The notes under the pieces: model-generated
Seen by the model: the letters and a program-made list of their open reading frames with translations, nothing else
Databases searched by the model: none
What the model was told of the DNA's origin: nothing
In this document: piece by piece, positions 1 through 9,596 of the stretch
How positions within the stretch are numbered: the first letter of the stretch is position 1
Layout of the letters: every line of letters starts with the position of its first letter
Made by a program: the position numbers and the translations under genes
From: a virus
Lineage: Duplodnaviria; Heunggongvirae; Uroviricota; Caudoviricetes
IMG/VR virus record: IMGVR_UViG_3300031787_000010
Span: 73,429-137,428 of that record
Reading direction: 5' to 3' (one strand)
Length of the DNA: 64,000 nt

Positions 1-209
1 AAAAATCTATACTATATGGGATGGTGTCGTTATAGTTGTAATCGTGGTAGGATTTGTGCGAAGGATCGGTGACCCCTAATTTTTTTCCGGTAAAGTCCCA
101 TGTACTCAAAAAAATATCAGTATTTGTATTCGAGGAGATCTTCATCCATTCTATTTGAAACTGTTCGTATTTACGAAGATTACCTGCTAGGCATATTGCT
201 ATTCGTTTC
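1..209 (-). CDS. hypothetical protein; N-terminus at 209, C-terminus runs off the window edge
   Basis: Manual minus-strand translation from ATG at 207-209 (MKRIAICLAGNLRKYEQFQIEW...) stays open to position 1; preceded by a terminator at 313-348. Confidence 0.35.
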
Positions 210-312
210 ATATCGACTTATTAGGTTTGAAAAGTCATATCTATCTAATAATAAATACTAAACCACCATCGATAACTTTCAAAAGATTATCGGTACAAAA
301 TGAAAAGGGAGC

Positions 313-348
313 CCGTTTGATTTCGGGCCCCCTTTCCTTGTATCATTC
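313..348 (-). terminator. rho-independent terminator on the minus strand
   Basis: Minus-strand RNA GGAAAGGGGGCCCG-AAAUCAAA-CGGGCUCCCUUUUC forms a 14-bp stem with two G-U wobbles that pair only in the minus-strand RNA, followed by AUUUUGU. It lies directly 3' of the 413..598 gene. Confidence 0.6.
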
Positions 349-412
349 GTCTGCCGAAGCGATATACGCGAGGGCGAGAACAATGAGTAGTAATGTACCT
401 GCTGCTTGCATT

Positions 413-598
413 TTATCCTTCCATCATTTCATCGTCGATACAAGTACATTTGGTGTAGGTATCTTCAAGTTCGACCGTATAGAATCGGGTCATGCCATCA
501 TAACCGATTTGAATCTCTTTGATATACCCATACTGCCCATTACATTCGGACTCAGCGTGATTGACGATTTGAACGTACTCACCGATATTGTATGTCAT
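413..598 (-). CDS. small hypothetical protein (61 aa)
   Basis: Minus-strand ORF consistent with the strand polarity of the whole region. The overlapping plus-strand ORF 227..625 is low-complexity. Confidence 0.4.
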   Translation of the reverse strand: MTYNIGEYVQIVNHAESECNGQYGYIKEIQIGYDGMTRFYTVELEDTYTKCTCIDDEMMEG

Positions 599-621
599 TT
601 ATATAACCGTTTATATTGTGA

Positions 622-801
622 TTAGCGTTCGTCGTCGTAATCGTAGTCGAGGTATTCATACCGATCCATCTCATCCTCATCGGGAATGATTTCCTCGTAG
701 CGAGCCGTTCGGTTCTTACGTGGCGTCTTACTCATTCCAGAATCCTCACGGTCACGGTGCTTCTTGTCATACTTCCGCTGGTCCTTAAACGTCTTACCCA
801 T
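622..801 (-). CDS. small charged protein (59 aa), hypothetical
   Basis: Manual translation MGKTFKDQRKYDKKHRDREDSGMSKTPRKNRTARYEEIIPDEDEMDRYEYLDYDYDDER*. It fills the gap between the 413..598 gene and the MoxR gene; too short for the ORF track. Confidence 0.3.
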   Translation of the reverse strand: MGKTFKDQRKYDKKHRDREDSGMSKTPRKNRTARYEEIIPDEDEMDRYEYLDYDYDDER

Positions 802-844
802 TGTTCTTTTGGTCCTCTTATATAAAGTTAAAGTGTGTGAACGA

Positions 845-2095
845 TTACACGTTCATCGCATAATTAGTGTCGGTCCCGTTGGAAACGTGTTCCCACGGAT
901 TGTTCGTACCAGCCGAGACAGCCGGGAGATACTTCTGGACCAGCTGCTTCATATAGGTACGCTCGGAGTCAACACCACCAGCCTCCGAGAAGAACGGATA
1001 GATACACACCTCAGCGGCCTCCGCGAGATTGAATCCATCGTACATCAGCCCAGCCATCTCTACCGTCAGACGGCTCGAGATAGACGTAGTGACACGGGCA
1101 TCATCGGACTTGACCTGCGCTCGAGTATGAGCGGCGATTTCGGCGATTGCCGTGATGTCCTTCTCAGCGAGATTCGGATAGGTCATCGACAGGAGACGAA
1201 CCTCTTCATCCTTCGACAGCGGTTCCATCTCTACGATAGCCGAGAAACGGTCAAGCATCGCTCGGTCAAGAACGCGAGTGGACGTATACTCCGCACCGAT
1301 ATTCGCCGTAGCGATAAAGGTCACACCCTTGGCAACCTTGATAGTCGGCGTGTCCGGCTTTTCGTCGGTACGCAGGTACCGCTGATTCTCGTCGAGCACG
1401 GTGATAAGGATGTTCCACGCGTCCGGCGTGGCTCGGGTCAACTCGTCCATCAGAATGATGGCGTTCTCCTTCTGAATAGCCTGAGCGAAGAGAGCGTCAG
1501 CCACATAGGTACCCTTCTCCTTATTGTAATGCGTATTACCGATAAGGGTAGAACGCGGGTCCGTAGTAGCGCCGAGGTTGAAGTAGTAATACGGGCGACC
1601 ATTGAGTGCCTTAGCGACACTCTGAACAGCGAGAGTCTTACCACAACCCGAAGGGCCGGTCATCATAATGTTCTTACCACGAACAACGGAACGCATCAGA
1701 TACTTCCACTTCAAGTCGCTGAGGATAAGGTTAGTCGGACGGAGCGAAATACTATCCTTGATATACTGCTCAACATCACCATGCTGCTCATCACTACGGT
1801 TATCCACCGCGTCGAGCGGGGCAGCGGTCTTGCTCAGCGAATCATACAGCGACATATCCGCCGAACGCCACTGCTCACCACCCGTCTTGGTATGAACAAG
1901 GCGGAGACACACGCCGTCACGATCCATCACACGGATCTTGTTCTTCGGAATACGCTTCGTAACATCACGGCCGTTCTGGTCAATCACCGTACCGGCGTCA
2001 GTCAGACGAACCACAATCTGCTCAACCGACTTCTTTACCACATTCTTCGAAACCTTCCGAACCATCTTACGCTTAGCCACGTTTATACTCTCCAA
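845..2095 (-). CDS. MoxR-family AAA+ ATPase (CobS-like)
   Basis: Walker A GPSGCGKT, Walker B ILMDEL, and a MoxR-type arrangement (TANIGAEY...DRAMLDRF). Paired with the downstream VWA protein, as in the CobS/CobT-like pairs of phages. Confidence 0.85.
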   Translation of the reverse strand: MESINVAKRKMVRKVSKNVVKKSVEQIVVRLTDAGTVIDQNGRDVTKRIPKNKIRVMDRDGVCLRLVHTKTGGEQWRSADMSLYDSLSKTAAPLDAVDNRSDEQHGDVEQYIKDSISLRPTNLILSDLKWKYLMRSVVRGKNIMMTGPSGCGKTLAVQSVAKALNGRPYYYFNLGATTDPRSTLIGNTHYNKEKGTYVADALFAQAIQKENAIILMDELTRATPDAWNILITVLDENQRYLRTDEKPDTPTIKVAKGVTFIATANIGAEYTSTRVLDRAMLDRFSAIVEMEPLSKDEEVRLLSMTYPNLAEKDITAIAEIAAHTRAQVKSDDARVTTSISSRLTVEMAGLMYDGFNLAEAAEVCIYPFFSEAGGVDSERTYMKQLVQKYLPAVSAGTNNPWEHVSNGTDTNYAMNV

Positions 2096-2134
2096 AATGA
2101 AATAGGGAAATTGGTACTTCTCGAACCTTCTATA

Positions 2135-2163
2135 AATCTAACAGACTTTCTATGGGGTGTCAA
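2135..2163 (-). promoter_or_regulatory. sigma70-like promoter TTGACA-N17-TAGATT upstream of the MoxR gene
   Basis: Minus strand reads cTTGACAccccatagaaagtctgtTAGATTtatagaagg..GGAGAGtataaacATG; an RBS GGAGAG lies 8 nt before the ATG. Confidence 0.4.
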
Positions 2164-2200
2164 GGGACGTAAGGCTTTGACCTGTAATGCCTTACGTCCC
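2164..2200 (-). repeat. conserved 12-bp-stem hairpin (copy A), terminator-like, fused to the downstream -35
   Basis: GGGACGTAAGGC-tttgacctgtaat-GCCTTACGTCCC. A near-identical copy lies at 4543..4581, with a compensatory extra G:C pair in both arms. Confidence 0.55.
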
Positions 2201-2208
2201 TCTGACCT

Positions 2209-4479
2209 TTACACACCCCGATTGGTCAGTGCTTTGTTGAGGGTACGGATTACGTCAGAAGCGTTTTCGACGTTGACCGCCACTGCATCCTCACCATACA
2301 TCCGGCGGAACACATCCATAGAACGTGTCATACCATAACTGGATTCGGTAATGAAATACGACAATACCTTGATGCCGTGGTCCTTCATATTCTGAACCAT
2401 CTGGCGAGTGTGCTTGAATGCCATCTCACCCTGATAACTACACACCGTAGCATCGTCACCCCAATACGTCCGGCGACCACGCTTCTTCTTCAACATAGAG
2501 CGAAGGTCCAGAGAGAAACCCGGCTCACCATCAGAGAAATTGATGAAGTACACATCGTGAGTAGAAGCACATTCCGTAATCAGTTCCATCGTCGCCTTGA
2601 AACACAGACCCTCGGGAGTCGAACCAGCGGGTGACAAACGAGGAGCCCACTTGAGCCACGAAGTGAACTGGTCCTTACGACTATCGAACACAACACACAC
2701 CACGGGAATATCGTTACCACCGCGAATCGTAATCACCGTATCAATATTGCGCATCTTGTTACCAACATACGCAAGAGCGGTAGCGACCGTCAATACCTTC
2801 TCCCACTTTCGGCCACTCATTGAACCCGAAGCGTCAAGCGTCAAGTGCAACATCGCCGGCTTGAAGGTATCGATGCGTGACTTCTGGAACACGCTGGTAA
2901 TATCCATACCCAGCTGAGCCAACAGTCGGCGGTCAAGACCACCGTGCTGAAGGCGAGTGTTCTTCGTCATCACGGGGTCATTTCGAACCTGGAGACGATG
3001 TACCATAATCTGACCCATGCGCTTACCGGCGGCAATAGCCTTCTTACGAAGATCGTTCTCACGGCTACCATCCCACGATGACCAACTACGGAAGATGAAC
3101 CAGTCCTGCGTAAACATAGCCTCTGACATCTTTCGCGTCACCATACACTCACCGCCGGGAATACCATCACCCTTAAGGTCAACCATCTTAGCCTGCGCAT
3201 TCTCCAGTGCATCAGCGGCGAGAAGTTCCGCCTTCTTAGCCTTCCGCTTCTTCAGCTCACCATTGACAACATCCTTGGCCTTCTCGACCTGTGACTTACC
3301 ACGCTTGTCGTTGAAGTTACGGGGCTTCTCCTTACCAGCCTTCGTCTTATCAGCCTCTTCGACTTCCGTAGGAACCATCTGACCCCGAGGAATGTCCAGA
3401 TTCGGAAGATTGTTAGTAGAATCAATCACAGACTGTGCCGAAGGAAATCCATCCATCGGCTGATTGTTATAGGTAGGAACGCCTTCATTGCCCTTATTCG
3501 CATCTTCCATACTACGAGCGACGAAACGAAGAATGTAAGCGTAAAGTTCGTTGGCCGTCTGCCAAATAGCAGGCATGTGGTCATACGAAATAATATCCTT
3601 CCACACCTTATCGGTCGGAGCGATACGCTCAATGTTTCGAAGGTCCATCATCTTGATAAGAGTATCCAAGCCGGGAAGCGCAGTCGGATTCGATGCCGGG
3701 TGAATAACAAACAATAGACGATTGATGTAGTTCTCAACAGTCAGTTCACGCCAGCTCGGATTCCAGCGAAGATTACGTTCAATCTCCGTAGTAAAAAAGT
3801 ACCTTTCATACAGGCTATCGTAGTAAGGACGATATCCACCGCAATTCTGATACACATACTTGTCGATACGACGATCTTCAAGGATGTTCATAATCATCTG
3901 CAGGTCGTGAACATACTGACGAGCAACACGTGCATACAATGTCACATTGTCCGAATGACGGGCATTGGTCATCGCAGGTGGGAGTAGTGCCGCAAGAGAC
4001 GGATGGAGAATCTTCTTAAGGACAGTACTCACTTCAATTTGTTCATCATAGCCGTGATTCTGCTGTGGGAGAACGCGATTGCCCCATCGGGTATCGATAC
4101 CCCAATCGGTGTCAATCTGCTTGGCAACTTCAGCTACAGCGGAAACAAATTCAAAGTCGCTCAGAAGAACGTGACTACCTTCGTGGAGAGCGAGGCCGAC
4201 CATAGAATCGAAATGATTGGGATTGTCGTCAGCGGCGATGATAACTTCCTTACCATCGGTGTAACTATCCTTGCCCGACGAATACCGAACCGGAATATCA
4301 TTACGACCTGTCAGAATGTTGACAAAGTTCGCAGTGGCACGACGAGCGGCACTGAGCCGAGCGACCCGTGCCAGATTGGCAATTTCCTCTGTCTCCTCGA
4401 CACCATCCTGCAGTTCGTTCTCATCGTCGAAGAGGTCAGAGTCCAGCCAGTAGTTAGAATGAGAGGTGTTTTTCGTCAT
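2209..4479 (-). CDS. von Willebrand factor A domain protein (CobT-like partner of the MoxR ATPase)
   Basis: 756 aa. VWA/MIDAS-like region (LTLDASGSMSG), a long acidic/lysine-rich linker, and adjacency to a MoxR AAA+ gene. Confidence 0.75.
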   Translation of the reverse strand: MTKNTSHSNYWLDSDLFDDENELQDGVEETEEIANLARVARLSAARRATANFVNILTGRNDIPVRYSSGKDSYTDGKEVIIAADDNPNHFDSMVGLALHEGSHVLLSDFEFVSAVAEVAKQIDTDWGIDTRWGNRVLPQQNHGYDEQIEVSTVLKKILHPSLAALLPPAMTNARHSDNVTLYARVARQYVHDLQMIMNILEDRRIDKYVYQNCGGYRPYYDSLYERYFFTTEIERNLRWNPSWRELTVENYINRLLFVIHPASNPTALPGLDTLIKMMDLRNIERIAPTDKVWKDIISYDHMPAIWQTANELYAYILRFVARSMEDANKGNEGVPTYNNQPMDGFPSAQSVIDSTNNLPNLDIPRGQMVPTEVEEADKTKAGKEKPRNFNDKRGKSQVEKAKDVVNGELKKRKAKKAELLAADALENAQAKMVDLKGDGIPGGECMVTRKMSEAMFTQDWFIFRSWSSWDGSRENDLRKKAIAAGKRMGQIMVHRLQVRNDPVMTKNTRLQHGGLDRRLLAQLGMDITSVFQKSRIDTFKPAMLHLTLDASGSMSGRKWEKVLTVATALAYVGNKMRNIDTVITIRGGNDIPVVCVVFDSRKDQFTSWLKWAPRLSPAGSTPEGLCFKATMELITECASTHDVYFINFSDGEPGFSLDLRSMLKKKRGRRTYWGDDATVCSYQGEMAFKHTRQMVQNMKDHGIKVLSYFITESSYGMTRSMDVFRRMYGEDAVAVNVENASDVIRTLNKALTNRGV

Positions 4480-4513
4480 AGTCCTATATGAAGGGGTTTT
4501 GGGGATACGTTGA

Positions 4514-4542
4514 AATGTACCTACAAACTACCCCAAAGTCAA
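4514..4542 (-). promoter_or_regulatory. sigma70-like promoter TTGACT-N17-TACATT upstream of the VWA gene
   Basis: Minus strand reads cTTGACTttggggtagtttgtaggTACATTtcaacgtatccccaaaa. A TTTGGGG/CCCCAAA inverted repeat brackets the -10. Confidence 0.4.
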
Positions 4543-4581
4543 GGGAGCGTAAGGCTTTGTCCTGTAATGCCTTACGCTCCC
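4543..4581 (-). repeat. conserved 13-bp-stem hairpin (copy B), terminator-like, fused to the downstream -35
   Basis: GGGAGCGTAAGGC-tttgtcctgtaat-GCCTTACGCTCCC. Same element as 2164..2200, with a covarying base pair. Confidence 0.55.
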
Positions 4582-4593
4582 TTCCCTACGCAT

Positions 4594-4761
4594 TTAGTCT
4601 CTGATTTCCGTCTGTATTAGTACTATTCGACGTTTATTATAACGTATTAATGTATTATATAGTATTATTATAATAGATGATACTACTGTGATAAATAGTA
4701 TTACACCTGCTATAATACAGAATATCGTCCAGAGTAATATACGTTTAAGTAGTTCAATCAT
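4594..4761 (-). CDS. small hydrophobic membrane protein (55 aa)
   Basis: Manual translation MIELLKRILLWTIFCIIAGVILFITVVSSIIIILYNTLIRYNKRRIVLIQTEIRD*. Its ATG overlaps the ThyX stop (ATGA coupling). Lies in the AT-rich gap between ThyX and hairpin copy B. Confidence 0.4.
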   Translation of the reverse strand: MIELLKRILLWTIFCIIAGVILFITVVSSIIIILYNTLIRYNKRRIVLIQTEIRD

Positions 4762-5570
4762 ACTTTCCTATGTAATGGCTTCCATACTCTCATACCATCA
4801 TATACTTCCGACACATAGAAATCGTTGAAATACACAGGCGCCTCGACCTTTAAAATTTCAAGAATCTTTTCAGCCAACCGTCGAATCTCTGGTTCGGCGT
4901 GTTTATCAGAACGTGATTCGATGAACCAACGCCACGCTCTAACATTACCAGTATAAGTAATACGCGTTTCAAGTGCATGTGGTAAAAGATTACGAGCTTT
5001 TCCTCGGGCCCACTTGCGCAAATCGAATCCCGTCAACATCAGCGGATTCATATGCATGAGCCAATTCACATCACGTTGGTATGCATCGATACCCATTTGC
5101 AGTGATGCTAGATGCGAGGCGATAAAATTCAATTCATCTAACTTAAAATCTTCTGTAATGTCATCCTTGTTCGGGTCAACCAACCACGGTTCATACTTTT
5201 GATATAGCTTCGCATAAAATGGCTCTAATACAATTGCTGCATCTTCTTCAGCTGTATATCTGGTAGAACGTTGGGACACTGCTAACTGGCGATGCCGATT
5301 GCTTTCAAGTGAAAGTCCACGGGTGATTCCTTCCACAAACAAAGTAAATGTCACGTGCTCCAGTACAGAACCGTGCTGATGTTCGAGGATTGCTTCTTGA
5401 TTTTTAATGTTTGCCCTACCATCAGCACCGAAACTATCATAACATCCCTTTGCTGCGAATGCACCAATCTTGACAGCATCGTTGCCGTCAGATGGAATAT
5501 CATAGTCTGGGTGTCCGAGAAATACTTGTTTAGCAATTAGTGTAACTTTTGGTTCTGTAATAATACGCAT
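4758..5570 (-). CDS. thyX: FAD-dependent thymidylate synthase ThyX
   Basis: ThyX signature RHRQLAVSQRS (RHR...S) and an appropriate length of 270 aa. Confidence 0.85.
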   Translation of the reverse strand: MRIITEPKVTLIAKQVFLGHPDYDIPSDGNDAVKIGAFAAKGCYDSFGADGRANIKNQEAILEHQHGSVLEHVTFTLFVEGITRGLSLESNRHRQLAVSQRSTRYTAEEDAAIVLEPFYAKLYQKYEPWLVDPNKDDITEDFKLDELNFIASHLASLQMGIDAYQRDVNWLMHMNPLMLTGFDLRKWARGKARNLLPHALETRITYTGNVRAWRWFIESRSDKHAEPEIRRLAEKILEILKVEAPVYFNDFYVSEVYDGMRVWKPLHRKV

Positions 5571-5609
5571 TATAACTCCGTTTAGTCTTGAAAGATAACA
5601 ATACTATGT

Positions 5610-5638
5610 AATCTACTCACATCATTCACATTTGTCAA
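5610..5638 (-). promoter_or_regulatory. candidate promoter TTGACA-N17-TAGATT inside the 3' end of the upstream gene, driving thyX
   Basis: Minus-strand TTGACA at 5638-5633 and TAGATT at 5615-5610. The leader carries ACGGAG 8 nt before the thyX ATG. Confidence 0.3.
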
Positions 5639-6461
5639 TCACTCGTTGAATTATATCCCGTGTATCATATTCAGGCGTATATCCAAGTGATTGCAATTTA
5701 CTATTGTCCATATACATCGATTTTACTTGTACGATTTTATGAAAGTTGGGTGCATCTACATATGTAATCTCGCTCGTTGAACCTAGCATTCTACGTGCGT
5801 CCATAACAATATCATATAGTGAAACAGCTTTACCGTTTCCTATATTGTAGATCTCATTCACTTCACCCCTTGTCAATACCATATCAATAGCTCGGACACA
5901 ATCATCTAAATCAATAATGTCTCTATACAACTGTCCACCATCATATAAAGGTACTGGTTCATTTTTGTGTAAAGACTTTATCATATGTACGATTGCATTT
6001 TTCTTTGTAGATGCTTTTCTATCTGACAGTCCTACTACGTTTGCCAATCGAAGTATACGATATTTTATCCCAAACGTTTGACAATACGATATGAGCATCT
6101 GTTCCGCTGTACGTTTCGTGATTGAATAGAACCCCTTCGGATTACAATAAGACGTTTCTTTTGCCGGTAAATCCGTGTCTCCGTATACGAACCACGACGA
6201 TATGAAATTGAATACGGTATTTTCTCTATCTTGTATGTTTTGAAGTACGGTGATCAACGTAGTTAGATTCGTGTTTATATCAATAAACGGGTCATAGAAT
6301 ACATTGTAGTTATCTACCGTAGAAATGAAATACAGAATGTTGTTTGTTTTCGGTGAATAATCGTTTCGTTGGTTTACAACACAATTCGGATATAGTTCAA
6401 CATAACGTGAACCGACAAATCCCTTCCCACCAAAAACGTTTATTGATTCCATTTCGCACAC
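5622..6461 (-). CDS. NAD(P)-dependent sugar epimerase/reductase (SDR family; abequose-synthase-like)
   Basis: N-terminal GGKGFVGS Rossmann motif, about 280 aa, located in the sugar-nucleotide cluster. Confidence 0.65.
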   Translation of the reverse strand: MCEMESINVFGGKGFVGSRYVELYPNCVVNQRNDYSPKTNNILYFISTVDNYNVFYDPFIDINTNLTTLITVLQNIQDRENTVFNFISSWFVYGDTDLPAKETSYCNPKGFYSITKRTAEQMLISYCQTFGIKYRILRLANVVGLSDRKASTKKNAIVHMIKSLHKNEPVPLYDGGQLYRDIIDLDDCVRAIDMVLTRGEVNEIYNIGNGKAVSLYDIVMDARRMLGSTSEITYVDAPNFHKIVQVKSMYMDNSKLQSLGYTPEYDTRDIIQRVIDKCE

Positions 6462-7741
6462 ACTTCATCAATATAGTTCAATACTTCTTCCGTATAATGT
6501 GGTGGACATCCCAAAAAGAACACGTTACTCAATGCTAGATTGGCAAGGGGATACTCCTTGTAATTACCCAAGTGTGAATACCCTGGGTGTAGTAAGATGT
6601 TACCAGCGAAATAGTTTCGAGTCTGGATTTTGTTATCCTCGAAGTGCTGTTGGAGTTTCGTTTTCATTTGCGAATCTTCAACATAAATCGGAACACCAAA
6701 CCACGAAGTTTCGGCGAGTTCACTTTCTTCAACCACACGGACGCCCTTGATGTGTTTCATAATACTTTCGTGAATACGTTGCTTACTGTTTCGACGCCCA
6801 CTATGAATCGTATCAAACTTTTCTAACTGTGCCATACCGATTGCGCCTTGAAGGTCAAGCGGCTTGAGATTGTATCCCATCTGTGTGAATACATACTTGT
6901 GGTCCACGACGCCATTATATCCTTCGAGCCACGTATCAAATCGTTTCCCACACGTTCCGCATGCAAGAAGGTTTGCTGCTCCGACACAATAACAATCACG
7001 GCCCCACCACGAAATACTTCGAGCAAGGTCAATCAATTTTTCATCATTAGAACACACCATACCACCTTCACCTGTCGTAATATGATGTGCTGGATAGAAC
7101 GAACACGACCACGCGTAGTAGTATTCGTTGATAAGTTTATCGTTCCAATGTGAACCCAGACTATCGCAATTGTCCCCGAGTAGAATCAGGTTGTGTGATT
7201 CACAGATACCTTTCAGTATATCCATATTAGGCGGATTACCGAGTACGGGAGAAACGAAAATGGCTTTGGTGCGTGGAGTAATCTTTTTGACAATCTCCAT
7301 CAAATCAAAGTTTAGCGTATCTATTTCGATATCGACGAATACCGGCTTCAATCCATTCTGAACGAGCGGGGCTATCGTCGTAGGGAATCCAACGGGTGAC
7401 ACAATAACCTCATCACCATCTTCCCAACCTAAATACTTCTTGACTGCAGCAACTAGTACAAGATTTGCCGAAGAGCCAGAATTTACCATATGGGCAAACC
7501 TTACCTTGAATAATTCAGCAAATCGTACTTGAAACTTGTTGACGTATTCACCAGACACTAACCACTTCCCCGTAAGGAATGCAGTCAATGCCATACGGAT
7601 TTCATTGTCATCAAAGAATGGACCAGAATAATAGACGGGTGATTTACCCGGCACAAAGTCCTTACTATTATACGCCCACTTCGGTTGGACTGCTTTTGTC
7701 AATTCATCTATAAGCAGCTCTATACGTTTATCGTCTGTCAT
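6440..7741 (-). CDS. DegT/DnrJ/EryC1-family PLP/PMP-dependent sugar 3-dehydratase/aminotransferase (RfbH/E1- or ColD-like)
   Basis: 433 aa with the DegT fold pattern. A Cys cluster CYCVGAANLLACGTCGKRF is reminiscent of the [2Fe-2S] site of CDP-4-keto-6-deoxyglucose 3-dehydrase E1. Confidence 0.8.
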   Translation of the reverse strand: MTDDKRIELLIDELTKAVQPKWAYNSKDFVPGKSPVYYSGPFFDDNEIRMALTAFLTGKWLVSGEYVNKFQVRFAELFKVRFAHMVNSGSSANLVLVAAVKKYLGWEDGDEVIVSPVGFPTTIAPLVQNGLKPVFVDIEIDTLNFDLMEIVKKITPRTKAIFVSPVLGNPPNMDILKGICESHNLILLGDNCDSLGSHWNDKLINEYYYAWSCSFYPAHHITTGEGGMVCSNDEKLIDLARSISWWGRDCYCVGAANLLACGTCGKRFDTWLEGYNGVVDHKYVFTQMGYNLKPLDLQGAIGMAQLEKFDTIHSGRRNSKQRIHESIMKHIKGVRVVEESELAETSWFGVPIYVEDSQMKTKLQQHFEDNKIQTRNYFAGNILLHPGYSHLGNYKEYPLANLALSNVFFLGCPPHYTEEVLNYIDEVCAKWNQ

Positions 7742-8640
7742 AATTCCTCTCTATCTAAAACCGTTTTGAGATACTTCCCATATTCTGTCTTACTGCATAG
7801 TTCAATAAATGGCGTGACACCTTCTCTTGTTACCCATTTCTTTGTAATTGCAATTTCGTGCGGACTACCAACAAGATAGTTTTGATGTTTCTGTACATTG
7901 TGAATGAAATTTGCTGCTTCTAACATTGCTTCAGCATTTCCCGTATCAAACCACACCATACCTCTCGACAATTGTACAGCTTCCATCTCTCCTCTATCAA
8001 GATAATACTTGTTTAAATCGGTGATTTCAAGTTCACCACGTTTGGACGGTGACAACATCGTAGTATAAAGATACACGCTTGTGGGATAAAAGTAAAGGCC
8101 GGTAACTGCTAAATTACTTTTTGGTTTTGTAGGCTTTTCTTCAATCGATATAACTTTATTATTCATTACTTCAGCAACACCAAACAACTCTGGATCTCTG
8201 ACAGGGTATAGGAACACTTCTGCTTTCTTTCTGATTCCTTCTTTATTCACCTCATCTAACAATCCCCGCAATCCAGAACCATAAAAAATATTATCTCCAA
8301 GAATTAATGCATGTGCATCATATTCGAAAATTTCATTTTGAATAGTATTGTGTACGATATTGAATGCATCAGCTATACCGAGAGGAACTGGTTGTACTAG
8401 ACATCGTACAGAAATTCCTAACTCTTCTTTTGCGTTAGCAAACAACTTATTGAAACTATCTAATTCGCCTGGAGAGCTGATGATTATAAAATCTCGAACA
8501 CCTGCCAACATCAATGTCGAGAGTGGATAATAGATAAGGGGTTTATCGTATACCGGAAGTAGTTGTTTGGTGGCAACTAACGTAGAAGGATACAAACGTG
8601 TTGACTTTCCACCAGCTAATATTATACCGAGAGTTCGCAT
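7738..8640 (-). CDS. rmlA: glucose-1-phosphate thymidylyltransferase
   Basis: MRTLGIILAGGKSTRLYPSTLVATKQLLPVYDKPLIYYPLSTLMLAG is a near-canonical RmlA N-terminus. The start was moved to the Met at 8640; the ORF track's 8673 start would overlap rmlB. Confidence 0.85.
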   Translation of the reverse strand: MRTLGIILAGGKSTRLYPSTLVATKQLLPVYDKPLIYYPLSTLMLAGVRDFIIISSPGELDSFNKLFANAKEELGISVRCLVQPVPLGIADAFNIVHNTIQNEIFEYDAHALILGDNIFYGSGLRGLLDEVNKEGIRKKAEVFLYPVRDPELFGVAEVMNNKVISIEEKPTKPKSNLAVTGLYFYPTSVYLYTTMLSPSKRGELEITDLNKYYLDRGEMEAVQLSRGMVWFDTGNAEAMLEAANFIHNVQKHQNYLVGSPHEIAITKKWVTREGVTPFIELCSKTEYGKYLKTVLDREEL

Positions 8641-9596
8641 TGTTCCATCCAAGTAACATTTGAAAGATACCATTCGACAGTTTTATATAACCCTTCCTCG
8701 AATGACACGGAAGGTTTCCATCCTAATTCTTTTTCTATCTTTTCTATGGACATCGCATATCTAAAGTCATGTCCCTTTCTATCCTCGACATATTCAATCA
8801 AGGATTCATCTCTGTTCATTATATGAAGAATCAATTTGACTACATCGATGTTTGCCCGTTCAGAATTGCCACCAATGTTGTATACCGAACCAATCTTCCC
8901 ATCCAACAATACACGATATAGAGCTCTACAATGATCATCAACGTGTAACCAATCTCGTATATTCATTCCCGTGCCATACACCGGAATACGTTCATTCTTC
9001 ATTGCCTTTCGAATCACAGTCGGTATCAGCTTCTCTGGATATTGTCGTGGTCCATAGTTGTTGGTGCAATGGGTGATGATAGCTGGTAGATTGAATGTCT
9101 TGTTGAATGCTCTGACTAAATGATCCCCACCTGCTTTCGTAGCGGAGTATGGACTATTCGGTGCGTATGGTGTGGATTCTGTAAACGGAGGGTCATCAGT
9201 TGATAAATGTCCGTACACTTCATCGGTTGAGATATGAATGAATCTAAACCGTGCTCCAGTTTCGTTATATCGTCGAAGAGCACAGAGGAAGTTATAAGTG
9301 CCCATCAGATTCGTTTTGACAAACGCATCGGGGTCAGCGATGGAACGATCAACGTGTGTTTCAGCAGCAAAGTTGATGATGAAATCTGGTTTATGGTTCA
9401 ATATAATCGTATCGATGATAACTGGGTCACCGATGTCTGCTTGATAGAAGAGATACCGTGAACTCTTTGGATGAGAGGTCACGCCTGCGTATGTCAACGC
9501 ATCGACATTGATAATATAATAATCAGTATGTGTCAGTAGAAACTCTATGAAGTTGCTACCGATAAACCCACAACCACCCGTAACTAGTATTTTCAT
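8622..9596 (-). CDS. rmlB: dTDP-glucose 4,6-dehydratase
   Basis: MKILVTGGCGFIGSNF...VDALTYAG and a YxxxK catalytic motif, the classic RmlB pattern. Confidence 0.9.
   Translation of the reverse strand: MKILVTGGCGFIGSNFIEFLLTHTDYYIINVDALTYAGVTSHPKSSRYLFYQADIGDPVIIDTIILNHKPDFIINFAAETHVDRSIADPDAFVKTNLMGTYNFLCALRRYNETGARFRFIHISTDEVYGHLSTDDPPFTESTPYAPNSPYSATKAGGDHLVRAFNKTFNLPAIITHCTNNYGPRQYPEKLIPTVIRKAMKNERIPVYGTGMNIRDWLHVDDHCRALYRVLLDGKIGSVYNIGGNSERANIDVVKLILHIMNRDESLIEYVEDRKGHDFRYAMSIEKIEKELGWKPSVSFEEGLYKTVEWYLSNVTWMEQCELSV

Noticed and set aside
227-625. Plus-strand ORF of 132 aa
   Set aside because: Low-complexity translation. It overlaps a cleaner minus-strand ORF (413..598) and the minus-strand terminator, and all neighbouring genes are on the minus strand.
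764-2338. Plus-strand ORF of 524 aa
   Set aside because: Antisense shadow of the MoxR AAA+ gene. Arg/Ser/Leu-rich with no motifs, whereas the minus frame carries clear Walker motifs.
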